64,000 nt of DNA from contig CAZLOB010000022.1 of NCBI GenBank assembly GCA_964561135.1, positions 5,718 through 69,717 on the forward strand, given 5' to 3'. The notes below the pieces were generated by a model. It made no database searches and was not told the origin of the DNA. It saw nothing but the letters and a program-made list of their open reading frames with translations. Numbering within the stretch: the stretch's first letter is position 1; each line of letters starts with the position of its first letter. Position numbers and translations under genes: made by a program. Shown piece after piece: positions 10,081 to 21,689 of the stretch. Source of the DNA: an uncultured Elusimicrobia bacterium (lineage in GTDB: Bacteria; Elusimicrobiota; Endomicrobiia; DTEH01).

Positions 10081-10941
10081 ATGAAAATAATTTTGGCAAA
10101 ATACATTGGGTTCTGTAAAGGTGTCAACAGATGTATATCTTTAGTTGAACAAGAAATTAAAAATGGAAACAAAGTTTATGCATTAGGCGAACTTCTTCAT
10201 AACCAACAAGAAATGAAGAGGTTAGAATCGTTAGGTGTAAAAGTAATAAACGATATTAAAGAATTAAAAAGCGTATTTAAAAACATAAGTTTAATAATTC
10301 GTACTCATGGTATTGAAAAAGAAGTGTATCAACAAATTGTATCAAAAAATGGAATAAAAGTTGTGGATGGTACTTGTCCTATCGTAAAAAAAAATCAGGT
10401 TATTGTTGAAAAATACTCAAAGGAAGGATATAATGTAATAATTTTTGGCGATATTGAACATCCTGAAATAAGAGCGTTAATATCGTATATATCAAATAAT
10501 GTTAAAAAATATGTAGTTTCTTCATTAGAAGATATAAAAAAATTAGACATTAGTTATGACAAACCTATTATTGTAATTTCTCAAACAACCAAACCTGTTG
10601 ATGAATACAAAAAAATATGTGATGTTTTAAAAAGAAAATTCAAAAACGTTAAAATATTTAACACAATCTGTAAAGAAACAATTTTAAGAGAACAAGAGAT
10701 TAAAGATTTATCAAAAAAGGTTCACAAAGTTATAGTTATAGGTGGGAAGAATTCTGCAAATACAAAAAAGTTAATTTCTATTGCAAAAAAATATAACAAT
10801 GAAGTTTTTGCTATAAGCTGTGAAGAAGAAGTAAAGAATCTAAAAATTAATGGTTATGAAACAATTGCAATTTTTTCTGGCGCTTCAACACCAAGATGGT
10901 TGATACAAAAAATTGTTAAAAAAATTGAAACTAAAGTATGA
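10081..10941 (+). CDS. ispH: 4-hydroxy-3-methylbut-2-enyl diphosphate reductase
   Basis: Three cluster cysteines in context (GFCKGV, DGTCPIV, NTICKET) and the SANTKKL motif. Confidence 0.9.
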   Translation: MKIILAKYIGFCKGVNRCISLVEQEIKNGNKVYALGELLHNQQEMKRLESLGVKVINDIKELKSVFKNISLIIRTHGIEKEVYQQIVSKNGIKVVDGTCPIVKKNQVIVEKYSKEGYNVIIFGDIEHPEIRALISYISNNVKKYVVSSLEDIKKLDISYDKPIIVISQTTKPVDEYKKICDVLKRKFKNVKIFNTICKETILREQEIKDLSKKVHKVIVIGGKNSANTKKLISIAKKYNNEVFAISCEEEVKNLKINGYETIAIFSGASTPRWLIQKIVKKIETKV

Positions 10942-11864
10942 ATAAAAACGGTATATTAAACATTTTGTTATTATTGATTATTATTCTTATTGGAACTATT
11001 TTGTTTGCCATCAAATTAATAGATAATAACATTAGAACAACTAAAGATTTAAATTTTGTTTATAACTACAACTTGTATCTATTTAATTTAGAAAACAAAG
11101 AAATTGAAGAGTATATTGAAAAAGTAAGATACAAAATTATTAAAAACATAATACCACTTGTTGTTATTCGTTGTAAATACAATCCTTATAAACACAATTT
11201 ATATTTGTTAGCACAGATGATAGGGGCAAATATAGAATCAATCCGTAGTACAAATTATATAGAAGCTATTGGATTGTTATATCCTGGTAAAGAACTTTTG
11301 TTACATAATAAAAAAGGTATGCTTTATAAAATAAAGCAGGACGATGTTTCAGTAAAAACAATAGCAAAAAAGTTTTCAAAAAGTATAAAACAAATTTGTG
11401 AAATAAATGAAATCCCACCAACTTATGTGTTTAAAAAAGGTGAATATGTTTTTTTACCTGATACATATATAAAATTCAAAGATTTTATGCTACCACTTTT
11501 TAACGCAAAGATTACTTCAAAGTTTGGTTGGCGGAAACATCCAATCTTCGGAATATTAAAGTATCACGAAGGAATTGACTTAAAACAAAAATATGGTGCG
11601 CCAGTAAGAGCAGCAGCTGATGGTAAAGTAATTTTTGCCGGCTGGGCAGAAGGATACGGGAAACTTGTTATACTAAAACATCATAAAGATTATACAACTT
11701 ATTACGGACATTTATCAAAAATACGTGTTAAAGTTGGTCAAAGTGTCTATAAAGGACAAATAATTGGTAATGTTGGGGCAACCGGTTGGACAACAGGTCC
11801 ACACCTACATTTTGAGATAAGAAAAAATGGGATCCCTGTTGATCCTAAAAAAATATTGTTTTAA
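10938..11864 (+). CDS. membrane-anchored LysM/M23 peptidoglycan endopeptidase
   Basis: N-terminal TM helix, a LysM-like segment (YKIKQDDVSVKTIAKKF) and M23 motifs (HEGIDL, GPHLHFEI). Confidence 0.8.
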   Translation: MNKNGILNILLLLIIILIGTILFAIKLIDNNIRTTKDLNFVYNYNLYLFNLENKEIEEYIEKVRYKIIKNIIPLVVIRCKYNPYKHNLYLLAQMIGANIESIRSTNYIEAIGLLYPGKELLLHNKKGMLYKIKQDDVSVKTIAKKFSKSIKQICEINEIPPTYVFKKGEYVFLPDTYIKFKDFMLPLFNAKITSKFGWRKHPIFGILKYHEGIDLKQKYGAPVRAAADGKVIFAGWAEGYGKLVILKHHKDYTTYYGHLSKIRVKVGQSVYKGQIIGNVGATGWTTGPHLHFEIRKNGIPVDPKKILF

Positions 11865-11888
11865 TTATAACAATTTAGGAGGGAGATC

Positions 11889-12203
11889 ATGAAAAAAGGT
11901 ATTCATCCACAATATGTAGAATGTACGGTAACATGTGCCTGTGGATACACTTTCAAAACAAGGTCTACAAAACCTGAGATAAAACTTGAGATATGTGGCA
12001 ATTGTCATCCATATTTTACTGGGAAACAAAAATATGTTGACACTGCTGGTAGAATTGAGAAGTTTATGAAAAAATATGGTGAAAAATTTGATATCACTCA
12101 AAGGAAAAAGAAAACAAAGAAAGAGAAAAAAATAGTTGAGAAAATAAAATCTACTACTGAAAAAATTTTAACAACAAAACCTACTAAGAAAAAGAAAAAA
12201 TAA
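11889..12203 (+). CDS. rpmE: 50S ribosomal protein L31 (Zn-binding type) with a Lys-rich C-terminal extension
   Basis: [12 protein letters not shown]...[13 protein letters not shown] and the L31 core. A strong RBS AGGAGGGAG lies upstream. A tail of about 35 aa, rich in K/T/E, follows the core. Confidence 0.9.
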   Translation: MKKGIHPQYVECTVTCACGYTFKTRSTKPEIKLEICGNCHPYFTGKQKYVDTAGRIEKFMKKYGEKFDITQRKKKTKKEKKIVEKIKSTTEKILTTKPTKKKKK

Positions 12204-12206
12204 ACT

Positions 12207-13298
12207 ATGTTAGACAAAGAAATAATCAAAAATTGTGAACACTTAATTATAGAAAAAAAAGAGTTAGAACAAAAACTTGCTGATCCTAATATTATTAACA
12301 ACCAACAAGAATATCAAAATATTGTTGCTGAATACAACCGTGTCAACGAAATTGTTTCTGTATACTTACAAATTAAAGATTTGGAAAACAAAGTTGACGA
12401 ACTTAAAAAAGAATTAAAAAGTTCTACTGATACAGAATATAGTATGTTAGTAGAAGAAGAGATTGAAAAGTTGAGTAAAGAAACTGCTGAGTTAGAACAA
12501 AAATTGCTAGACCTTTTTCTACCCGAAGATCCTAACGAGAAAAAGAATGTGATACTTGAGATACGTGCAGGTACAGGCGGTGAAGAAGCAGCGTTGTTTG
12601 CATACGATTTGTTTAGGATGTACAGCAAATATTGTGCTAAAAAAGGCTGGAAAATAGAAGTTTTAGATATCAACCAGACGGAACTTAAAGGAATAAAGGA
12701 AGTTATATGTTATATTTCTGGTAAAGATGTATACAAATATTTACAGTTTGAAAGTGGAGTACATAGGGTTCAACGTGTACCTATAACAGAATCTTCCGGT
12801 AGAATCCACACTTCAGCTGCAACTGTTGCTGTTTTACCAGAAGCAGAAGATGTTGAGATAGAAATAAAACCTGACGATATTGAGATAGAAACATTTCGTG
12901 CTTCAGGTCATGGAGGACAACACTTACAAAAAACTGAATCTGCAGTAAGGATACGGCATAAACCAACAGGTATTGTTGTTCAATGTCAAGACGAACGTTC
13001 ACAATTAAAGAACCGTGAACGCGCATTAAAAATTTTAAAAGCAAGATTGTACGACTTAAAACTACAACAGCAACAACAAGAAATTGCTAAGTTAAGAAAA
13101 TCACAGGTAAAATCTGGAGACAGGTCTGAAAAAATACGGACATACAATTTTCCACAAAACCGTGTAACTGATCATAGAATAAATTTAACTTTATATAATT
13201 TACAAGAAGTTCTAGATGGTGAGTTAGACGAGATTATTGACAATTTAATCAAAGTTAGGCTGAAAGAAAAAATTGCTGAGTTTCTTTATAACAAATGA
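12207..13298 (+). CDS. prfA: peptide chain release factor 1
   Basis: PxT-type anticodon motif (RVPITES), GGQ (SGHGGQ) and the conserved rpmE-prfA-prmC context. Confidence 0.95.
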   Translation: MLDKEIIKNCEHLIIEKKELEQKLADPNIINNQQEYQNIVAEYNRVNEIVSVYLQIKDLENKVDELKKELKSSTDTEYSMLVEEEIEKLSKETAELEQKLLDLFLPEDPNEKKNVILEIRAGTGGEEAALFAYDLFRMYSKYCAKKGWKIEVLDINQTELKGIKEVICYISGKDVYKYLQFESGVHRVQRVPITESSGRIHTSAATVAVLPEAEDVEIEIKPDDIEIETFRASGHGGQHLQKTESAVRIRHKPTGIVVQCQDERSQLKNRERALKILKARLYDLKLQQQQQEIAKLRKSQVKSGDRSEKIRTYNFPQNRVTDHRINLTLYNLQEVLDGELDEIIDNLIKVRLKEKIAEFLYNK

Positions 13299-14140
13299 AC
13301 ACGATAAACGAAATTTATATTGATATATACAACAAACTGAAAAACTTTACTTCAGCACGTATTGAAACAGAACTGATTATATCAAAAACTTTAAATTTAG
13401 ATAAAATAAAAATTTATGTTTATCCTGAAAAAAAACTTAACGAAAAAGAACTTAAGTTGATTTATAAAAATCTTAACTTGAGGCTAAATCGTATACCACT
13501 TGAATATATATTTTGTGAAAAAGAATTTTTTGGTTTTAATTTTTATGTTGACAAAAACGTTTTGATACCACGGCAAGAAACAGAGTTTTTAGTAGAGGAA
13601 GCAATTAAGTTAATATCTTGTTACAAACTTAAAAAAATAGCTGACATTGGTACTGGTTGTGGTAATATCGCGATAAGTATCATTAAAAACATACAAACAA
13701 AAATCAAAATATATGCTACAGATATTTCAAAAGAAGCGATAAATGTCGCAAAAAAGAATGCAACGATGCATAATGTTTTAAACAAAATAGAGTTTGTTTT
13801 AACTGATAAACTAAAATATTTTTTAGATAATTCTATTATATTAGACATGATTGTTTCAAACCCGCCATATGTTACTGAAGAAGAGTATAAAAATCTTCAG
13901 CCAGAGATATATTATGAACCAAAAATTGCGTTAGTTTCGCCGACAGGGTTAGAATTTTATTCATATTTTGCCAAACATAGTAAAAAAGTTTTAAAAGAAA
14001 ATGGATTTTTAGTACTTGAATTGAACCCGAATTTATACAAAGAAATTTGCAACATATTTAAAGAAAATAAATTTTGTATTTATAAAACTATTTATGATTA
14101 CCAAAATCTACCACGTGTTATTGTAGTAAAAAACAATTAG
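13295..14140 (+). CDS. prmC: release factor glutamine N5-methyltransferase
   Basis: SAM-binding motif DIGTGCGNI and NPPY motif (VSNPPYV). The start overlaps the prfA stop. Confidence 0.9.
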   Translation: MNTINEIYIDIYNKLKNFTSARIETELIISKTLNLDKIKIYVYPEKKLNEKELKLIYKNLNLRLNRIPLEYIFCEKEFFGFNFYVDKNVLIPRQETEFLVEEAIKLISCYKLKKIADIGTGCGNIAISIIKNIQTKIKIYATDISKEAINVAKKNATMHNVLNKIEFVLTDKLKYFLDNSIILDMIVSNPPYVTEEEYKNLQPEIYYEPKIALVSPTGLEFYSYFAKHSKKVLKENGFLVLELNPNLYKEICNIFKENKFCIYKTIYDYQNLPRVIVVKNN

Positions 14141-14144
14141 TTTT

Positions 14145-15428
14145 ATGGAAAAATATATAATTGAAGGTGGATACAGGTTACAAGGAAAAATAACTATCTC
14201 TGGTTCAAAAAATGCTTCATTACCTATCCTTATTGCTACATTATTAACAGATAACAAAGTTGTCCTTCATAATATACCAAAGTTGAAGGATGTTGAGACA
14301 ACAATTTCAATAATAGAATTTTTAGGGAAAAAAGTTATTTGGCAAAACAATTCCACATTAGTTGTTACACAAAACAAATCGCCAATAAAAGAAAAAGATT
14401 TTGTTGTAGCACCATATGAACTAATAAAAAAAATGAGGGCAAGTTTTCTTGTCTCAGGTGCGTTATTAGCAAATTATGAGAAAGTTAAGACAGCTTTACC
14501 AGGCGGATGTGCAATAGGTGTCCGCCCTGTTGATATTCATATTAAAGCTTTTGAAGATTTAGGTATTGAACATTATATAGATTCTGGATATGAAGTTTTT
14601 ATAAAGAAAAAAAACATACCTAAAAAAAGAGTGATAAAATTTCGTTATCCATCAGTTGGTGCTACAGAAAATGTTTTAATGTTTTTATCAAAAGTACCAA
14701 AACAAGTTACAATAGTAAACGCTGCGTGCGAACCTGAAATTGTAGACTTAGCAAACTTTTTAAAAAAATTAGGTGTAGAAATTGAAGGTGCAGGAACACA
14801 TGTTATAAAAGTTGTTGGTTGTAAAAAATTCATCTCAGGTGATATTGAACATACTGTAATACCTGACAGGATTGAAGCAGGAACATTTATTATAGCAGCA
14901 GCAATAACAAAAGGTGAAATAGAACTTTATAACATTCAACCTCAACATCTTACTTTTGTAATAAATAAATTGCGCAAGTGCGGATTAACAATTGAATTAG
15001 AAGATAACAAAATATATGTAGTATGGAAAAAAAACTTAAAGCCACAAAATATCATAACACGCCCTTACCCATATTTTCCAACAGACCTACAAGCACAATA
15101 TATGGCACTTATGTGTACATTAAAAGGAAGTTGTATAATAAAAGAAACTATTTTTGAGAATAGGTTTCTGCATGTTGGTGAACTTCTTCGTATGGGTGCA
15201 AACATCGTTGTTGAAGACCGAAAAGCAATAATTTATGGTGTTGAAAAACTTAAAGGTGCGGAGGTAATGGTTTCTGATTTAAGGGCAGGTGCTGGATTGG
15301 TATTAGCAGCGCTTGCAGCCGAAGGTATCTCAAAAATATCTCATATTTACCACCTTGATCGCGGATATGAAAAATTAGAAGAAAAAATTTCATCTTTAGG
15401 AGGAAAAATAAAACGTATTGATGAATAA
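14145..15428 (+). CDS. murA: UDP-N-acetylglucosamine 1-carboxyvinyltransferase
   Basis: GSKNASLPIL, the catalytic Cys context LPGGCAIGVRPVDIH, and full-length similarity to MurA. Confidence 0.95.
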   Translation: MEKYIIEGGYRLQGKITISGSKNASLPILIATLLTDNKVVLHNIPKLKDVETTISIIEFLGKKVIWQNNSTLVVTQNKSPIKEKDFVVAPYELIKKMRASFLVSGALLANYEKVKTALPGGCAIGVRPVDIHIKAFEDLGIEHYIDSGYEVFIKKKNIPKKRVIKFRYPSVGATENVLMFLSKVPKQVTIVNAACEPEIVDLANFLKKLGVEIEGAGTHVIKVVGCKKFISGDIEHTVIPDRIEAGTFIIAAAITKGEIELYNIQPQHLTFVINKLRKCGLTIELEDNKIYVVWKKNLKPQNIITRPYPYFPTDLQAQYMALMCTLKGSCIIKETIFENRFLHVGELLRMGANIVVEDRKAIIYGVEKLKGAEVMVSDLRAGAGLVLAALAAEGISKISHIYHLDRGYEKLEEKISSLGGKIKRIDE

Positions 15429-16611
15429 CCAAGATATATCTTTAAAAGTAAAAAAAATAATAGAAGATGTTAAAAAATATGGTGACACTGCAATTTTAAA
15501 ATACACACGATTGTTTGATGGTATCAAAAATTTTTCATTAAAAGATATAAAAGTAGAAATCAAAAATTTGCCAAAAATAGACGATGTATTGTTTAAACGT
15601 TCAATAACTTTTGCAATCAATAATGTTAAAAAGTTTCATCAAGCTGAATTAAGAAATATAAAAAAGTTTTGGTTAACAAAATATAACAACATTGTTGCTG
15701 GCCAAAAATTGTTGCCAGTGGAATCTGTTGGTATTTATATACCTGGTGGAAGATATGGGTATAATTATGTTTCAACATTAATTATGACAGTGATACCGGC
15801 ACAAGTTGCAAATGTTAAAAAAATTGTTGTTGTAACACCACCTAAAAATGTCACAAATTATTTTTTATACACTGCTTATTTGTTAAAAATAAAAGAAATT
15901 TACAAAATTGGTGGAGCACAAGCTATCGCTGCGTTAGCGTTCGGTACAGAAACTATACCAAAAGTTGATTTAATAATAGGTCCTGGTAATATTTGGGTAA
16001 GCGAAGCAAAAAGACAACTTGTAGGTTTTGTTGGTATAGATCTTATTGCTGGACCTTCAGAAGTTGTTGTTGTAGCAGATAATTCTTATCCTGTAGAACC
16101 AATTGCTTATGAATTACTTGCTCAAGCTGAACATGACAAAAATGCAAAAAGTTATTTATTAGCATTTGACCAATCTATAATTGAGAAAGTTAAAAATTAT
16201 GTTTTATCAAATGCGAAAGAATTAATTTCACAAATACAATTTAAATATGTTAAAGATATCAACTCTGTAGTAAGTATAATCAATCAAATTGCGCCTGAAC
16301 ATTTGACTTTGTTCACAAAAAAACAAAATTTTATTTTACCAAAGATAAAAAATGTTGGGGCAATATTTTTTGGCAATAATCCTTCAGCAGTTTTCGGCGA
16401 TTATATTGCAGGACCTTCACATGTCCTACCAACAGATACTACAGCAAGATTTTCTTCTGGTTTGTCAGTATTGACTTTTTTAAAAAAAATTAGTTTAATT
16501 AATTTTTCTGTTAACACAACAAAAATGTTGTCAAAATATACTTCTAAACTTGCAGAAATTGAGGGGATGTATTGGCATAAAAAAAGAGTAGATTATGGCA
16601 AGGAAAGTTAA
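15418..16611 (+). CDS. hisD: histidinol dehydrogenase
   Basis: GGAQAIAALAFGT, AGPSEV and AQAEHD motifs. Confidence 0.9.
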   Translation: MMNNQDISLKVKKIIEDVKKYGDTAILKYTRLFDGIKNFSLKDIKVEIKNLPKIDDVLFKRSITFAINNVKKFHQAELRNIKKFWLTKYNNIVAGQKLLPVESVGIYIPGGRYGYNYVSTLIMTVIPAQVANVKKIVVVTPPKNVTNYFLYTAYLLKIKEIYKIGGAQAIAALAFGTETIPKVDLIIGPGNIWVSEAKRQLVGFVGIDLIAGPSEVVVVADNSYPVEPIAYELLAQAEHDKNAKSYLLAFDQSIIEKVKNYVLSNAKELISQIQFKYVKDINSVVSIINQIAPEHLTLFTKKQNFILPKIKNVGAIFFGNNPSAVFGDYIAGPSHVLPTDTTARFSSGLSVLTFLKKISLINFSVNTTKMLSKYTSKLAEIEGMYWHKKRVDYGKES

Positions 16612-17182
16612 ATTACAAAGAGTAACAAAAGAAACAAAAGTTAAATTAGAACTTAATTTAGATGGTAAAGGAAAATATAAAATTTATACTTCCATACCTT
16701 TTTTAGACCATATGTTGGAACAATTTAGTTTACACAGCGGGTTTGACCTATATCTTGTAGCATCTGGCGATATTTATATTGATGACCATCATCTTGTTGA
16801 GGATATAGGTATTGTATTAGGTCAGGCTTTTTTAAAAGCATTAAAAGATAAAAAAGGTATTCTACGATATGGACAAATTTTATCTCCGATGGACGAATCT
16901 TTATCTTACATTGTTGTTGACATTTCAGGCAGACCATATCTAGATTATAAAGTAAAGTTTTTACCTGAATATAAAAAATCGTCTTTTGATTACAGGTTAA
17001 TAAAAGAGTTTTTTAAATCTTTTGTTAACGAAGCAAAGATTACATTACATATAAAACTTCTTCAAGGAAAAGATAATCACCATATATGTGAATCAATTTT
17101 CAAAGGTGTAGCACGTGTATTGAAAAATGCTGTACAATTAAGTAAAAATAAAAATTTGTTATCTACAAAAGGAATTATATAA
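16595..17182 (+). CDS. hisB: imidazoleglycerol-phosphate dehydratase
   Basis: IGPD motifs DDHHLVEDIGI and NHHICESIFKG. It overlaps the hisD 3' end by 17 nt. Confidence 0.9.
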   Translation: MARKVKLQRVTKETKVKLELNLDGKGKYKIYTSIPFLDHMLEQFSLHSGFDLYLVASGDIYIDDHHLVEDIGIVLGQAFLKALKDKKGILRYGQILSPMDESLSYIVVDISGRPYLDYKVKFLPEYKKSSFDYRLIKEFFKSFVNEAKITLHIKLLQGKDNHHICESIFKGVARVLKNAVQLSKNKNLLSTKGII

Positions 17183-17185
17183 TTA

Positions 17186-18769
17186 ATGAAGAAAAAAATA
17201 GAAATTTTTGATACAACATTACGCGATGGTGCACAAACACCGTCAGTAAGTTTTTCTGTCTCAGACAAAATTAAAATAGCAAAACTTTTAGATGAACTCG
17301 GTGTTGACTATATAGAAGGGGGTTGGCCTGGAAGTAACCCTAAAGATATAGAATTTTTTAAACAAGCAAAAAATTTAAAACTTAAAACTGCAAAAATTGT
17401 TGCTTTTGGTTCTACAAGAAGAAAAAATATAAAACCATATGAAGATCAAAACCTTGCTGCAATAATTTCTTCAGGTGTATCCATTGCATGTATTTTTGGT
17501 AAAACATGGCGATTACATGTAGAAAAAGCTTTAGAAACAACATTGCAAGAAAATCTTAAAATGATTTATGATTCTATAAAATTTCTAAAAGAACACAAAC
17601 TTAAAGTAATATATGACGCAGAACATTTTTTTGACGGTTATAAATCAGACAGAAATTATGCGTTAAAATGTTTGTTGACAGCATATCAAGCAGGGGCTGA
17701 TTGTCTTGTGTTAGCAGACACAAACGGTGGTTCTCTTCCAACAGAAGTGAAACAAATTGTATCTGAGGTTATAAATTTTTTGAAAACTAAAAATATAAAA
17801 GTAAAACTTGGAATACATGCACATAACGATTCTGACTGTGCTGTAGCGAATACTATTGTAGCTGTTGAAAGTGGTTGTGAACATGTTCAAGGGACAATAA
17901 ATGGTTTAGGTGAACGTTGTGGTAATGCAAACCTTTGTTCAGTGATTCCTGCGTTAATGCTTAAACTTAACTACGATGTTATACCTAAAGAAAATCTTAA
18001 AAAACTTACTGAAATATCGTTAGAAATTTACGAAATTGCTAATCTTATACCTAATGATAGACAACCATATGTTGGTAGGTCAGCTTTTGCTCATAAAGGA
18101 GGTGTTCATGCGTCAGCTGTTGCAAAAGATGTTCGTTCGTATGAACATATAAATCCTGAACTTGTAGGTAATAAACGAAAAATTTTAATCTCAGAACTTG
18201 CTGGTAAGTCAAGTTTGTTATTCTACAAAAAATTTTTAGATTTAGAGATAACCGAAGAAGAAATTGCTAAGATTATAAAAGTTGTTAAACAAAAAGAGTA
18301 TGATGGATATTCATATGAAAATGCTGAAGGATCATTTTTAATTTTAACTGCGAAAGTTCTTAACAGATACAAAGATTTCTTTAAAGTAAAAGGATTTAGA
18401 GTTATCATAGAATACAAAGAAGAAAAAAATGAAATTGTAACAGAAGCAACATTAAAACTTGAAATTGATGGTAACCAAGAACATGTTGTAGCTGAAGGTG
18501 ATGGTCCAGTAAACGCGTTGGATAACGCTTTAAGAAAAGCGTTAATAAAATATTATCCATCATTAAAAGAAGTAAAACTTACTGATTTTAAAGTACGTGT
18601 GGTAAATCCTCAAGCAGGTACTGCTGCAAAAGTACGTGTTAGTATTGAATCAATGGCAAAAAATGAATTGTGGTCAACAGTTGGTGTTTCAGAAAATATT
18701 ATAGAAGCTTCATGGGAAGCGTTGCGTGATGCTGTAGAATATTATCTGTTTAAAAAATCTAAACAATGA
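17186..18769 (+). CDS. cimA: citramalate synthase (2-isopropylmalate synthase family)
   Basis: FDTTLRDGAQ, HAHND and a C-terminal LeuA-dimer domain. The 527-aa length and GGWPGSNPKD resemble CimA-type enzymes. CimA versus LeuA cannot be proven from the sequence alone. Confidence 0.75.
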   Translation: MKKKIEIFDTTLRDGAQTPSVSFSVSDKIKIAKLLDELGVDYIEGGWPGSNPKDIEFFKQAKNLKLKTAKIVAFGSTRRKNIKPYEDQNLAAIISSGVSIACIFGKTWRLHVEKALETTLQENLKMIYDSIKFLKEHKLKVIYDAEHFFDGYKSDRNYALKCLLTAYQAGADCLVLADTNGGSLPTEVKQIVSEVINFLKTKNIKVKLGIHAHNDSDCAVANTIVAVESGCEHVQGTINGLGERCGNANLCSVIPALMLKLNYDVIPKENLKKLTEISLEIYEIANLIPNDRQPYVGRSAFAHKGGVHASAVAKDVRSYEHINPELVGNKRKILISELAGKSSLLFYKKFLDLEITEEEIAKIIKVVKQKEYDGYSYENAEGSFLILTAKVLNRYKDFFKVKGFRVIIEYKEEKNEIVTEATLKLEIDGNQEHVVAEGDGPVNALDNALRKALIKYYPSLKEVKLTDFKVRVVNPQAGTAAKVRVSIESMAKNELWSTVGVSENIIEASWEALRDAVEYYLFKKSKQ

Positions 18770-18870
18770 AATTTCATTTTCAACTTTAACTTATAAATTT
18801 TTGCGTGTTAATTCTAAGAGCGATTTTTATATTATTTTCATTAAAATTTTCATAAAGAGGGGAACTAAAT

Positions 18871-20595
18871 ATGAAAAGGGGGAGAAAAAAGAAAGTTTTA
18901 CCACTAAAACCTATTGAGTTAATAAGTAACCAAATAAAAAAATCTCCAACCAGAGCGCCACACAGGGCACTTTTATATGCCACAGGTATTTCTTCATCAG
19001 ATTTATCCAAACCTTTTATTGGCATAGCGTCAGCATATAGCGATATTGTACCAGGTCATATACACCTTCGTGAGCTTGAACGATGGATTGAACGAGGTGT
19101 TGCAGAAGCAGGTGGTGTACCATTTGTCTTCGGTATACCAGGCATATGTGATGGTATTGCGATGGGTCATAGTGGTATGCATTATTCATTACCTTCAAGA
19201 GAACTTATTGCTGATTCTATTGAATCTATGGTAAAAGCACATTGCTTTGATGGTATTGTGTTGTTAACCAACTGTGACAAAATTACGCCTGGGATGATTA
19301 TGGGTGCAGTAAGAGTAAACGTTAACATACCAATGATAGTTGTGACAGGCGGTCCGATGCTTGCTGGATATTATAAAGGTAAAAGAAGATCGTTAGTAAG
19401 AGACACTTTTGAAGCTGTAGGCCTTTATGAAGCAGGCAAAATTTCGTTAGAAGAACTATACCAGCTTGAATGTGCAGCATGTCCAACAGCAGGTTCCTGC
19501 CAAGGACTTTATACTGCGAACACAATGGCATGTTTGTCTGAAGCAATGGGTTTATCATTACCATATTGTGCGACAACACCAGCTGTCTCTGCAGAGAAAA
19601 AACGTATTGCTTATGAATCAGGTAAACGTATTGTACAAATGGTTTATGAAAACTTAACTCCGTTAAAAATTTTGTCTTATAACTCAATTTATAACGCAAT
19701 TGTAGTTGATGCTGCACTCGGTGGTTCAACAAATACTATATTACATCTAAAAGCTATCGCATATGAAGCAGGGATTAGATTTGATTTAAAACTTTTTGAC
19801 GATGTTTCAAAAATTGTACCAAATATAGTAAGATTAGAACCCGCTGGTGATTATTATATGGAAGATCTACATAAAGCTGGCGGAATACCAGCGGTACTAA
19901 ACGTTTTACAAAAGTATCTCAAAAGTGCACTCACTGTTACAGGAAAAAATATTCTTGAGATTGCAAGTTTAGGAAAAGTTGAAGATGAAGAAATTATACG
20001 GTATAAAAACCCTTATTCTACTGAAGGTGGTTTAGCTATATTGTATGGCAACCTTGCACCAGAAGGTGCTGTAGTTAAACAATCAGCTGTTTTACCAAAT
20101 ATGAGGAAATTTGTTGGTCCTGCAGTAGTGTTTGATTCTGAACAATCTGCTATGAACGCTATTTTGAACAAAAAAATTAAAAAAGGTGATGTTATAGTGA
20201 TACGTTATGAAGGTCCTAAAGGTGGGCCAGGAATGAGGGAGATGTTAGGTCCTACAAGTGTTATTCAAGGAATGGGATTAGCTGATAAAGTAGCTTTAAT
20301 CACTGATGGTAGGTTCTCAGGTGGCACTCGGGGGCCGTGTATCGGCCATGTTTCACCTGAAGCTGCTGCTGGTGGACCTATTGGTGTGATCCAAAATGGT
20401 GATATAATCGAAATTGATATTCCAAACAGAAAACTTAATGTTCGTCTTACTGATACAGAACTTAACTCAAGGTTAGCAAAGTTTCAAGGTGAGCTTGAAA
20501 CAAGAGAAAAAAAGTTTAAAACAGGTTGGCTTGCAAGATATGTTGAATTTGTTACTTCTGCATCTGAAGGTGCTGTGTTAAAACCTAGAAAATGA
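18871..20595 (+). CDS. ilvD: dihydroxy-acid dehydratase
   Basis: [20 protein letters not shown] and GRFSGGT motifs. The basic N-terminal extension of about 15 aa ([14 protein letters not shown]) is unusual. Confidence 0.95.
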   Translation: MKRGRKKKVLPLKPIELISNQIKKSPTRAPHRALLYATGISSSDLSKPFIGIASAYSDIVPGHIHLRELERWIERGVAEAGGVPFVFGIPGICDGIAMGHSGMHYSLPSRELIADSIESMVKAHCFDGIVLLTNCDKITPGMIMGAVRVNVNIPMIVVTGGPMLAGYYKGKRRSLVRDTFEAVGLYEAGKISLEELYQLECAACPTAGSCQGLYTANTMACLSEAMGLSLPYCATTPAVSAEKKRIAYESGKRIVQMVYENLTPLKILSYNSIYNAIVVDAALGGSTNTILHLKAIAYEAGIRFDLKLFDDVSKIVPNIVRLEPAGDYYMEDLHKAGGIPAVLNVLQKYLKSALTVTGKNILEIASLGKVEDEEIIRYKNPYSTEGGLAILYGNLAPEGAVVKQSAVLPNMRKFVGPAVVFDSEQSAMNAILNKKIKKGDVIVIRYEGPKGGPGMREMLGPTSVIQGMGLADKVALITDGRFSGGTRGPCIGHVSPEAAAGGPIGVIQNGDIIEIDIPNRKLNVRLTDTELNSRLAKFQGELETREKKFKTGWLARYVEFVTSASEGAVLKPRK

Positions 20596-21680
20596 AAGTT
20601 GTGCAATGGAATACAGCAAAAGTGTTAGGCGGCGCTGAATTAAGAACATTAGAACTTACAAAAGCTTTAATAAAAAAAGGTCATCAGGTATATATAATCT
20701 GTAGAAAGAATTCGTTCTTTGAAAATAAATTAAAACAAGAGCATATGAATATTATAGCTTACAAAAATCCATTTGTGGGATTCATTAAAATCTTAGTCTT
20801 TCTAAAAAATTGGAAACCAGATATTATTCATGTGCACTCAGGGAAAGATTATGCCATATCTATAATTCTAGGTATGTTAAACTCAATACCTGTTGTGATA
20901 CACAGGCGTCTTATGTCAAAAGTAAACCCAATAACTAAGTTTTTAATAAATAATTGGAAGACAAAAATTATCGCTATTTCAAAGGCTACAAAAGAAATTT
21001 TAATAAAAGAAAATAAATTTGAGGAAGAAAAAATAGAACTCGTATATAACGCAATACCACAAGAAAGATTAAAGTTTGACTCAGATAAAATAATCCAACT
21101 TCAACATCATTTTGATAAAAAAAATAAAAAAATTGATTTAAGTGTAGGTAATCTTTATCCTACAAAAGGATTTGAAGAATTAATAAAAGTTGCAAAAATC
21201 TTAAAAGAAAAAATAAAAAACTTGCTTGTTTTAATTGCTGGGGAGGGTGAAGAAAGAAAAAAATTGGAAAAATTAATAATCCAATACAATTTGTCTGACA
21301 CAGTTAAACTTTTAGGATTTAGGAATGATGTTATAGAATTGTTAAAAATTTGTGATTGTTTTGTATTGTTATCATATGAGGAACCTTTTGGAGTAGCATT
21401 TATTGAAGCGCTAGGGTGTGGGAAACCAGTGGTAGGGTATCGATGTGGTGGTCTCCCTGAGATAATTGCTGATAACGAAGTCGGGTATTTGGTTGAACCA
21501 CACGATATTAATGCTGTATGTGAAAAGTTAGAAAAAATTTTGCTTGATGAAGAACTTGCTAAAAAATTGGGCACAAACGCGAAAAGATATTTTGATTGTA
21601 AATTTAGTTTTAATAATATGATTGAAAAAATTGAAAATATATTCTACGAATTAAAAAATTTGACTAACAATAAGGAGTAA
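20592..21680 (+). CDS. GT4-family (GT-B fold) glycosyltransferase
   Basis: N-terminal GGAE motif and the C-terminal pattern [19 protein letters not shown]. The start overlaps the ilvD stop as ATGA. Confidence 0.8.
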   Translation: MKVVQWNTAKVLGGAELRTLELTKALIKKGHQVYIICRKNSFFENKLKQEHMNIIAYKNPFVGFIKILVFLKNWKPDIIHVHSGKDYAISIILGMLNSIPVVIHRRLMSKVNPITKFLINNWKTKIIAISKATKEILIKENKFEEEKIELVYNAIPQERLKFDSDKIIQLQHHFDKKNKKIDLSVGNLYPTKGFEELIKVAKILKEKIKNLLVLIAGEGEERKKLEKLIIQYNLSDTVKLLGFRNDVIELLKICDCFVLLSYEEPFGVAFIEALGCGKPVVGYRCGGLPEIIADNEVGYLVEPHDINAVCEKLEKILLDEELAKKLGTNAKRYFDCKFSFNNMIEKIENIFYELKNLTNNKE

Positions 21681-21689
21681 GAATTAGCA

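Noticed and set aside
19016-19732. A cluster of 60-136-aa ORFs on both strands inside ilvD.
   Set aside because: All are nested in a full-length dihydroxy-acid dehydratase and none shows any independent coding signal.
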